Assembly: GCA_951406725.2 (NCBI GenBank)
Contig: OX597839.1
Location: 20,584,001 to 20,648,000 of the forward strand
Reading direction: 5' to 3'
Length of the DNA stretch: 64,000 bases
Source of the DNA: Octopus vulgaris
Lineage: Eukaryota
Made by a program: the position numbers and the translations under genes. The notes below the pieces were generated by a model that had not been told where the DNA came from, searched no databases, and saw only the letters and a list, made by a program, of their open reading frames with translations. Shown here one piece after another: positions 53,813-64,000 of this stretch (positions are counted from its first letter, which is position 1; the number at the start of each line of letters is the position of its first letter).

Positions 53813-54289
53813 CAATGAGTCCTCGTTGCACAGAAGTTAAAGGTCACCTAGACTGGAGCTAGATGTTGGATTCACAGTTGTAGATCGCATACTTCGCTAA
53901 TTCTCTTGCTTTATGGGGTCAGAATGAACGCCACAACGTACTACACAGACGAGCTCTCGCACGCACACGCATACGTGCACATATACACTCACACACATAT
54001 ACATATACACTCACGTGCCCACATTCTGCACGGCAATCAATATAACTGATCACAGGGTATCGAACACCTTTGATCATACGAGAAATGTCAGGCCAAGCAA
54101 TTGACTTTATCTTGTCAAATGAAACTGTATAATGTGTGTGTATGTTGTATTAGTGTGTACAAACACACATCCCAAACTCTATCTATCTATCTATCTATCT
54201 ATATCCATCCATCTATCTATTTATCTATCTATCTCTCCATCTATCTCTCTGTCTGTCTACCTAAATACCTGTCCCTCTACCTGTCTGTC

Positions 54290-54345
<56 letters not shown>

Positions 54346-54450
54346 GTCTGTCTGTCTGTCTGTCGAGCTATATATACACATACGCATATATATGGACGGA
54401 CAGACAGACAGCTAGCTAGCTGTCTGTCTGTTCATCCGTATATATGCGTA

Positions 54451-54488
<38 letters not shown>

Positions 54489-54570
54489 CATGTATTGTAT
54501 ATATATATACATGTGTGTGCATTACATAACTATATATGTATGCGTATGTATATATATATATTTAAATTTT

Positions 54571-54926
54571 TAAGTAGCTTGCTAACCAACCACATGGTTC
54601 CAGGTTCAGTCCCACTGCGTGGCACCTTGGGCAAGTGTCTTCTGCTATAGCCCCGGGCCGACCAATGCCTTGTGAGTGGATTTGGTAGGCGGAAACTGAA
54701 AGAAGCCTGTCGTATATATGTATATATATGTGTGTGTTTGTTCCCCTAGCATTGCTTGACAACCGGTGCTGGTGTGTTTACGTCCCCGTCACTTTGCGGT
54801 TCGGCAAAAAAAGACCGATAGAATAAGTACTGGGCTTACAAAAAGAATAAGTCCCGGGGTCGAGTTGCTCGACTAAAGGCGGTGCTCCAGCATGGCCGCA
54901 GTCAAATGACTGAAACAAGTAAAAGA

Positions 54927-54929
<3 letters not shown>
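54571..54929 (+). mobile_element. SINE family B
   Basis: Near-complete match to family B. Confidence 0.9.
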
Positions 54930-54975
<46 letters not shown>

Positions 54976-56116
54976 TACATATACGAGGGTTCGTGTGTAT
55001 ATCTGGACGAGTTGTGTGCTTTAGAGAGTAAAGATTATCGGGGTTATCTCTCCCACCTTCTCACCCTCAATATTCGTCATGGTTTCCTATACTTTTCCCT
55101 CCTCGTTTGCTCGCTCTTCCTGTGATAGATCTTTCTTCCCCTGCATCCATTATATATAACATTCATTATTGTGTGGTCCTGGGCACTCCTTCATAACGGC
55201 ACACACACACACACAGACACTCCCTCCCTCATCTCTCTCTCTCTTTATCTCGGTTCTGTGTTTTATAGCGAGAAAGAGGCAGTGAGAGAGAGAGAGAGAA
55301 CGGTGTGTGTGTGTGTGTGTGTGTGTGTGTAGTAATTGCAGTCCCCCCCTCTAATATAAGTTCTCAAGTTAATTACTAAAAATTAATCATATATTCTTGG
55401 TGTATGGTCCAGCAAGTAATAATGATGTTGCACGATTTACTGCCGGTTGCAGCATCAGCAGTAATTGTAGTAGTAGTAGTAGTAGTAGTTGTTGTTGTTG
55501 TTGCTGTAATTTTTGCTGTTCCTGTTACCATTGGATGTAATTCTTGAGCTCTTTCTTCCCACCAATTAGTCATGTTGTCGGAATTAGTCAAGGGCTTTGA
55601 CGTTATTGTCGTTGTCGTTGCTGTTGTTACTGACCTCCGGTCAACCCTGGCCGATTAGATCGATAATCAATGACATTTCAACGGTGACCAATCACTAACT
55701 ACCATGATTACCACGACCACTTCGTTTTCGTTTCTAGATGCAAGTCTATCTAAACCCCCATTTTCCAACGTGTCTTTCTTTCATTTATTTTAAAGAATGA
55801 CATTTGAGGAAAAATTAGCTGTTTTGTCTTGCATCGAGGGCAACTACCTAGAGATTTCCTTCATTAGCCTGATTATATTGATAGTGTTGTTGCTGTTTAC
55901 TCCTAGGTTTAGCTCTGTGTACACACAGACCAATGATCAAAAGCGTTTCAGCCATGACCACTCCGCTCTTTTCCTTCCTATTGCATGTCCACGATTACAT
56001 TACCTCGTGTGTTCATTTTGTTTCTCAGACTAGACAGAAATCTGATGCTGCCTCTAATTTCTCTAGTGTCTTGTCTGCTGAGTTTCTGTACTTTTCTGCC
56101 TTCGCATTTTCATTTA

Positions 56117-56630
56117 CCGTAAATCCTCGAGTATAGTCCACCCTTGAGTATAATACACAGGGAATTTTTAGGGGGCTGTACCTCTGCAAAAACCTAAACC
56201 TTGTCTGTAATACGCACACCTTCTCTAACTTGGGTCAAAGAGGTCTATATAACGTCCTTGGTCTGTAAAAATGTTTACGGTAACGTCCCTTATTATTATT
56301 GTATATTTAACATAATGCAAACATGTAGCTTTTTTGTAGATTTTGTTTGCAGAAAATAAAGAAATAACAGTAATAACGTTTAATAAATGTTGCTTATTGC
56401 AAGTTATGGATGATTCTTTTATGACTTCATTGCTTTTAGGCTTAGCTTAAGGTATTTTCGCGCGTGACATCACAAAATGTGTCTGAATAAACATTGCCGG
56501 ACAGCAAATAGAGACTCGGACATTGCTTAGAAAATAATTTTCATTTTTAACCTCGTATATAGTACGCACTAGGGATTTTGACGCTTAAATTTTGGGGGGA
56601 AAACTGCGGATTATACTCGAGGATTTACGG
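56117..56630. mobile_element. Tc1/mariner-superfamily (pogo/Tc2-like) MITE
   Basis: TA|CCGTAAATCCTCGAGTATAgTCC ... GGATTATACTCGAGGATTTACGG|TA: 19-bp perfect TIR, TA TSD, no coding capacity. Confidence 0.9.
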
Positions 56631-57425
56631 TACTTATTTCACCGGCGTAAAATGTCGAATTGTTTCTTTTAATATATTTTTGTTAATTCACGTTTTTTCA
56701 AATCGAATCTCGCCATTCCATTAACCCTTCTTACACACACACTACACACGTCTTCCTTGTATCTCCTTCACTGACTCTTCCTCTCCCTCTCTCTCTCTCT
56801 CTGAACCGGACAGATGAATCCAGTTCGTTTTCAGCTGGAGATCCCACCTAAACAAAGCACCAAGCATCATAACAAAGCTTTCTGCCCAGCGATCCACGAC
56901 TCTGACCAGTAAGCATGGACTTGATTGTCCAACCAACGGACGGTTCCAAACCTACTGACCTATCCTGGTTGATGTCTTGCTCCCGTTTCCACCTGATATT
57001 CCTTCAGACCAGGAATATTGGACAAACGTCCTAAATTTAAAAAGAAAAAACGAGCGAGAGTGTTATGAATAGCTGGCCTTTCATCATACCCCTGCTTCAT
57101 CAGTGCTAGCCTGCTTTTAAGTAATAACAGCAACAAAAACATAAATAGCAAAATTTCCTTCACCCTTAAAAAAAAAACTGAACACATAAGATGACCCAGC
57201 ATGACCACTGTTCAGTGACTGAAACAGGCACAAGAAAAATGAGGGAAAAAAGTGTGTGTGTGTGTGAACAGGTACACACACATGATCCCACCATCATACA
57301 CACACACACACACACACACACACTGATGTCCATAGAATTCTTTGTTTTCTCTCACTTTTCTTTCCCATTTTCTGTTCACTCGATTACTGTATTTCCCTTC
57401 TCTTTTTCCTCTTTTTGTTTCGTTG

Positions 57426-57478
<53 letters not shown>

Positions 57479-57551
57479 CATCATCATCATTGACGTCGTC
57501 ATCATCAATATCTCCACTCTCCAGCAATATGTATCATGTATTGTTACAAAA

Positions 57552-57626
<75 letters not shown>

Positions 57627-57889
57627 TTCTGAGTCATTCCTTCTTCATCACTCTTTCTTTTCTTCTCCGCCTGTCTTTGTCACTCGCACACAAATTCCCG
57701 CCGTACACAAGCTCCACCGTCATCTACACACGCACTCAAATGTTTATCACTCGTTCACTCTTTCTGATTCTGCCCCTCTCACGGCGTTTCATTCAATAGG
57801 TTTCACCAAACACTAACAAAAAAAAAAATTTTTTTTAATCGAATATCAGGTGTATATAACCGTACACACAGATTAACAAGTAATGGTTT

Positions 57890-58520
57890 GGATGTTCATC
57901 ACCATCGTTGTCGTCATCATCATCAATATCATCATTGACGTCGTCATCATCAGTATCATTATTGACATCGTCATCATCATTGACGTCGTCATCATCAATA
58001 TCATCATTGACATCGTCATCATCATTGACATCGTCATCGTCGATATTATCATTGACGTCGTCATCATCAGTATCATGATTGACATCGTCATCATCAATAT
58101 CATCATTGACATAGTCATGATCATCATCATTGACGTCGTCATCATCAATATCATCATTGACATCGTCATCATCATTGACATCGTCATCATCATTGACATC
58201 GTCATCATCATTGACATCGTCATCATCAATATCATCATTGACATCGTCATCATCATTGACGTCGTCATCATCATTGACGTCGTCATCATCATTGACGTCG
58301 TCATCATCATTGACGTCGTCATCATCATTGACGTCGTCATCATCAGTATCATTATTGACATCGTTATCATCATCATTGACATCGTCATCATCATTGACGT
58401 CGTCATCATCAGTATCATTATTGACATCGTTATCATCATCATTGACATCGTCATCATCATCATTGACATCGTCATCATCATTGACGTCGTGATCATCATC
58501 AGTATCATCATCTTCATCAT
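57890..58520. repeat. (CAT)n-derived 18-bp minisatellite
   Basis: cattgac(g/a)tcgtcatcat repeated with longer variants. Confidence 0.9.
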
Positions 58521-58599
58521 CGACCCCTGGACATTGTTGTCTCAAGTCCTAAGATCCAGATGGACGGTCACTCGGTTTCAATGGCGTATAATAAGTGAC

Positions 58600-58777
58600 C
58601 GAAATTACAAAGTTCTTCAACAGAACCCCTGTTCCTGGCAGGGTTACTCATTTACAGCTGAATGGGCTGGAGTAACCTGAAATGAAATGTTTTGCTGAAG
58701 AACGCAATGCCCGGTCCGGGAACTGAAATCACGTTCTTGCGATCGTCAGTGCAACACCCTAACCCCTAGGCCACGCG
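58600..58777 (-). mobile_element. old SINE family C
   Basis: gttactcatttacagctga...gcccggtccgggaa...gtgcaacaccctaacc. Confidence 0.7.
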
Positions 58778-58915
58778 ACTTCGCTTACGATGTTCGATTT
58801 GCGAATGTCTTTCTCCCGAAACGGGAAATTTCTTGGGTTCTTCATCAAGGCACTTCATTTTGCGTAGCTCCAATATGCTCTGAAGAAAATGAGTTCCAAC
58901 CGAATGCGGGTGAAC

Positions 58916-58982
<67 letters not shown>

Positions 58983-59036
58983 TTTATTTTTCTCTTTCTT
59001 TCTTTCTTTCTTTCTTTCTTCCTTTCATTCTTTCTT

Positions 59037-59068
<32 letters not shown>

Positions 59069-59136
59069 CAGTTGTCACATCCTGGATATCCCGCTGGGTA
59101 AGGGTATGGGTTTAGAAGATATCCACGTCAGGTTGT

Positions 59137-59492
59137 ACTTTTATTCTTTTACTTGTTTCAGTCATTGAACTGCGGCCATGCTGGTGCACCGCCTGTAGTC
59201 GAACAAATCGACCCCAGGATTTATTCTTTGTAAGCCTATTCTATCTGGGGTTTTTTTGCCGAAACACATCAACATCGGTTGTCATGCGATGGTGAGGGAA
59301 CAAACATAGACACAAATAACAAATACATACATATTTATGACGGGCTTCTTTCAGTTTCCCTCTACCAAATCCACTCAAAAAGCTTTGGTCGGCCCGATGC
59401 GATAGTAGAAGACACTTGCTCAAAGTGCCACTTAGTGGGACTGAACCCGGAACTATGTGGTTGGGAAGCAAGCTTCTTACCACACAGCCACA
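59137..59492 (-). mobile_element. SINE family B
   Basis: Reverse complement of family B. Confidence 0.85.
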
Positions 59493-59851
59493 CCTACACC
59501 TCAGCTGCAAAAATATTCCGCCTTCGACCATTCTATATTTCATTCTTATTTTTGGTGGGGGTAGCTCATGGGCAGATGACTTTACATTAACCAGTGTGTC
59601 TTTCCTTACCTCATCAACAATAAGCTTTCATCTTTGAGGGATATTTAGCTGTTATTTCTTACAGGTTGAGTGACTACGTAGACGAGAAGCAGGCTATCAT
59701 TACCTCGTTGGCTTGTACAGGCTCGCGGCTATCATTTCTGTTTTATAGATATTCGAATTGGTTTAATCGATTACACACCGTTTTCACTCTTAAATGCATG
59801 GCTCTCTGCCAAACTTAGAAATTATCAAAGCAGTATTATGGCGTGAGCAGA

Positions 59852-60322
59852 GCGGCGAGCTCTGCAGAAATGTTAGCACGCCGGACGATATGGTAGTTCG
59901 TCTGCCACTACGTTCTTAGTTCAAATTCCGCCGAGGTCGACTTTGCCTTTCATCTTTTCGGGGTCGATAAATTAAGTACCAGTTACGCACTGGGGTCGAT
60001 ATAATCGACCTAATCCGTTTGTCTGTCCTTGTTTATCCTCTCTGTGTTTAGCCCCTTGTGGGTAGTAAAGAAATAGGCCTTGTGCATATGGTAGAAAGTA
60101 TTATTATAAGGACGGAGCGCTGGCAGAATCGTTAGCACGCCGGGCGAAATTCTTTGTAATATTTCGCTCATCGCTACGTTCTGAGTTCAAATTCAGCTGA
60201 GGTCGACTTTACATTTCATCCTTTCGGGGTCGATAAATTAAGTAGCAGTCAAGTACTGGGGTCGATGTAATCGACTGAATCCCTCTCCCAAAAATTCAGG
60301 TCTTGTGCCAACAGTAGAAAAG
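59852..60322 (+). mobile_element. two SINE family A copies
   Basis: 59852-60076 has the A tail followed by ggccttgtgc (an A' tail remnant); 60108-60322 has the A' tail. Confidence 0.85.
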
Positions 60323-60342
60323 ATTATTATTATTATTATTTT

Positions 60343-61352
60343 ATGTTTGACTTTTGCATTGCATTTGTACAAATTAGCTCCAAGTCTCACCCAGAGACCT
60401 CAAGAGACAACAGATTGGAAGTTCGTGTTGGTGTTAGGCCTAGGGTGTCATATATTTGGTTTTGTACATAGTGTTGTTCTAGAGAATATTTACTAAACGA
60501 TAAGAAAATTGTTTGTTTTAAAATTTGAGATTACATAGACAGTATCGTACGTAGGATATGGGCAGTTCTTATGAGCACAATCTTTTGAATTTCTGCCATT
60601 TTGGGGTTTCCTGATATCTGAGCTAAGTAGCAATCAGCCTCTTTTGCTATCATTCTCAGAGCACCTTTGACAACAGGTACTGTTTTAGTCTTCAGGTCCC
60701 ACATTTTGCTGATTTCTATTTCAAGATCTTTATATTTGCTCGGTTTTTGGTAGGTCTTGACAGATACGTTTATATCGATTGGGATAGTATTGTACGTAGG
60801 ATATGGGCAGTTCCTATAAGCACTATCTTTTGAAATTCTGCCATTTTGGGGTTTCCTGGTATCTGAGCTAAGTAGCAATCAGCCCCTTTTGCTATCATTC
60901 CCAGGGCACCTTTGACAACAGGTACTGTTTTAGTCTTCAGGTCCCACATTTTGCTGATTTCTATTTCAAGATCTTTATATTTGCTCGGTTTTTGGTAGGT
61001 CTTGACAGATACGTTTATATCGATTGGGATAGTATTGTACGTAGGATATGGGCAGTTCCTATAAGCACTATCTTTTGAAATTCTGCCATTTTGGGGTTTC
61101 CTGGTATCTGAGCTAAGTAGCAATCAGCCCCTTTTGCTATCATTCCCAGGGCACCTTTGACAACAGGTACTGTTTTAGTCTTCAGGTCCCACATTTTGCT
61201 GATTTCTATTTCAAGATCTTTATATTTGCTCGGTTTTTGGTAGGTCTTCACAGATACGTTTATATCGATTGACAGATACGTTTATATCAATGAGGAAGCA
61301 TGATTTTTGTCTGAAGTCTTTCAATATAATATCTGGTCTATTTGCATCTATC

Positions 61353-61353
<1 letters not shown>
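60343..61353 (-). mobile_element. 5'-truncated R4/Dong-clade retrotransposon end with 245-bp internal triplication
   Basis: IDANRPDIILKDFRQKSCFLID...KYKDLEIEISKMWDLKTKTVPVVKGALG...; the segment recurs at ~60539, 60784 and 61029; flanked by (TAA)n on both sides. Confidence 0.85.
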
Positions 61354-61387
<34 letters not shown>

Positions 61388-61388
61388 T

Positions 61389-61580
61389 AAGGTGGTGTGG
61401 TGGCAGAATCGTTAGCATGCCGGACAAAATGCTTAGCGACATTTTGTCCGTCTTTGTGTCGAGTTTAAATTTCGCTGAGTTTGACTTTGTCTTTCATCAT
61501 ACTAGAGTCAATATAATCGCCTCCCGCCACCTCCGCCCCTCCCTCGAACATGCTGGCCTCGTGCCAAAATTTGAAACCAA
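61389..61580 (+). mobile_element. diverged SINE family A'
   Basis: ggcagaatcgttagcatgccggacaaaatgcttagcg...gtgccaaaatttgaaacc. Confidence 0.7.
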
Positions 61581-61889
61581 TATTGTTGTTCTTGCTGTTG
61601 TTGCTTTTGTTATCGAGGAATCTCTATCAGCTACTTTACTATACAATAATTGTAATTCCTGAACTGGGTCTTTTTTTTTTTTTGTTGTTTTGCTTTTTTG
61701 GTAGGGAAGTAACTCCCGCCTCTCCCCCCATACCCCTCCCTCCTCGTTCCTCGCCCGATTCTTAATTGTTTTAACACCAGACACGTTCGCTTTAAGCCTG
61801 CAGCCGTTTGTGTTGGCAATGTTGTTGTTATAAAAGTCTGTAATTAGTCATACCCCACTCCTCCACCCTACACCACCACCACCACCATA

Positions 61890-61942
<53 letters not shown>

Positions 61943-62207
61943 CATCCACCATTATGTCATCATCATCATTATCATTATCATCGTCGTCTTCATCATTGAT
62001 ATCGCCACCATTATCGTTCCCGTCGCCGTCATCACTGTTGTCATCATACTCATAATTGTCATCCTCCTGGTTGTCATCATTATCGTCGACGTTAGCAACA
62101 TTATCATCATCGTTGACAACCCCATCGTCATCATCATTCTCCTCGTTATCAACGTCCTCATTATCTTTACCATCATCATCATCATCATCAAACATCATCA
62201 TCGTCGT

Positions 62208-62364
62208 CGTGGCTGTGTGGTAAGTAGTTTGCTGAACAACCACATGGTTCTGGGTTCAGTCCCACTTCGTGGCACCTTGGGCAAGTATCTTCTACTATAG
62301 TCGGGGGCCGACCAAAGCCTTGTGAGCGGATTTGGTAGACAGAAACTGAAAGAAGCTTGTCGTA

Positions 62365-62421
<57 letters not shown>

Positions 62422-62592
62422 TTGTCCCCCCAACATCGCTTGACACCGATGCTGGTGTGTTTATGTCCCCGTAACTTAGCGGTTCGGCAAAAGAAGACCG
62501 ATAGAATAAGTCCTGGGGTCGATTTGTTCGACTAAAGGCGGTGCTCCAGCATGGCCGCAGTCAAATGACTGAAACAAGTAAAAAAGAGTAAA
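62208..62592 (+). mobile_element. SINE family B
   Basis: Near-complete match to family B. Confidence 0.88.
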
Positions 62593-63136
62593 GTTTATAA
62601 CGCCATCACCATCGTCGACATTGGCATCATCCTCACCATCATCATCATCATCATCATTACTGCTTGCTGTCATTGTTATAATTAGTAATGCCCCACCCCC
62701 TAATATGAAGCCCCATGGTGAACAAAAACCTTCATCATCATCATTGTTAAAATCGATACCTCCACCCGTACCAAACCAATAACAACACTTACTCCAACAT
62801 CGACACTACCATTCACAGAGCCTCACAGCCACTATCGTTGACACTAGCGCCTATACCACATTCACTAAGACCTACACCACTACTGTTGCTACTACTATCA
62901 ACAACTAATATATCTACTACTAGCGCATATACTGCAGCTATCGCGACCACGGACACTGTTAGTAAACTGTCACCAACTTTACTACAACAACAACTACTAC
63001 TACTACTACCACCTCAACTATTACTACTACTACTAGTGCAAATACTACTACCGTAATCAACACCATTATTACTATTATTATTATTATTATTATCATTATT
63101 GTTGTTGTTGTTAATGATGATGATGATGATAGTAAT

Positions 63137-63349
63137 GGTTTTAAATTTTTCCACAGGGGTAGCCATTTTGGGGGAGAGGGATAGTCGATTACATCGACCC
63201 CAGTACGCAACTGGTACTTATTTTATCGTCCCTGAAAGGATGAAAAGGCCAAGTCGACCTCGTCGGAATTTGAACTCAGAACGTAGCGACGGGCGAAATA
63301 CCGCTGAGCATTTCGTCCAGCATTCTAATAATACTGACAGCTCTCTGCC

Positions 63350-63350
<1 letters not shown>
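63137..63350 (-). mobile_element. SINE family A'
   Basis: gtcgattacatcgaccccagtacgcaactggtac...gaactcagaacgtagcg...gccttaa. Confidence 0.82.
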
Positions 63351-63398
<48 letters not shown>

Positions 63399-63415
63399 TA
63401 ATACTAATAATAATG

Positions 63416-63467
<52 letters not shown>

Positions 63468-63547
63468 TAATAATAATAATAATAATGATAATAATAATAA
63501 TAATAATAATGATAATAATAATAATAATGATAATAATGATAATAATG

Positions 63548-63584
<37 letters not shown>

Positions 63585-63617
63585 TAATACTAATAATAAT
63601 AATAATAATGATAATAC

Positions 63618-63695
<78 letters not shown>

Positions 63696-63739
63696 TAATA
63701 CTAATAATAATGATAATAATAATAATAATAATAATAATG

Positions 63740-63798
<59 letters not shown>

Positions 63799-63818
63799 TA
63801 TTATTATTATTATTATCA

Positions 63819-63857
<39 letters not shown>

Positions 63858-63860
63858 ATA
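63351..63860. repeat. (AAT)n microsatellite switching to (ATT)n
   Basis: Direct reading. Confidence 0.95.
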
Positions 63861-64000
63861 CCGCCATTTCTACTATTACTGTAACAATTATAATGAGCAA
63901 AAATACTCCACAACCACTACTGTTACTACTGCTGCTGCTACCACTACTACTACTACTGCTGCTACTACTACTGCTGCTGCTGCTACTACTACTACTACTA

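Noticed and set aside
56835-56908. Possible 74-bp exon (ttttcag|ctggag...gacca|gtaagc)
   Set aside because: The splice-like ends are plausible, but the peptide is unrecognisable and no partner exons are evident; needs RNA-seq.
57835-58545. Asp-rich DDDDVN ORF resembling acidic biomineral proteins (also 51115-51606 and 41758-42180)
   Set aside because: (GAT)n-derived repeat open in multiple frames on both strands, with no signal peptide or credible exon structure.

Overview
Eukaryotic, AT-rich, extremely microsatellite-dense non-coding DNA (intron or intergenic). The repeat families resemble those of a coleoid cephalopod, probably an octopus; this is recognition, not a database result. No host protein-coding gene can be supported: nearly all listed ORFs are translations of (TA)n, (CA)n, (GATA)n, (CAT)n or (TAA)n tracts. 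Between the microsatellites lie three tRNA-derived SINE families (called A, B and C here, about 35 copies), two decayed mariner copies, two 5'-truncated R4/Dong-type retrotransposon ends within (TAA)n tracts, non-autonomous Helitrons, a hAT-type MITE with an 8-bp TSD, a CCGT-ended Tc1/mariner-pogo MITE and a foldback MITE. Three signals stand out. (1) Short elements from at least three families carry minimal type-I hammerhead ribozyme motifs of the Penelope/retrozyme type. (2) A 3.3-kb SINE-C insertion flanked by a 13-bp TSD contains 26 tandem 117-bp tRNA-like heads whose sequence differs from its own ends. (3) SINE-A forms head-body-body-body multimers with the same junction at three loci and mixed subfamilies, which suggests self-targeted or template-switch multimerisation. 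Coordinates were read by eye, and SINE boundaries are approximate.
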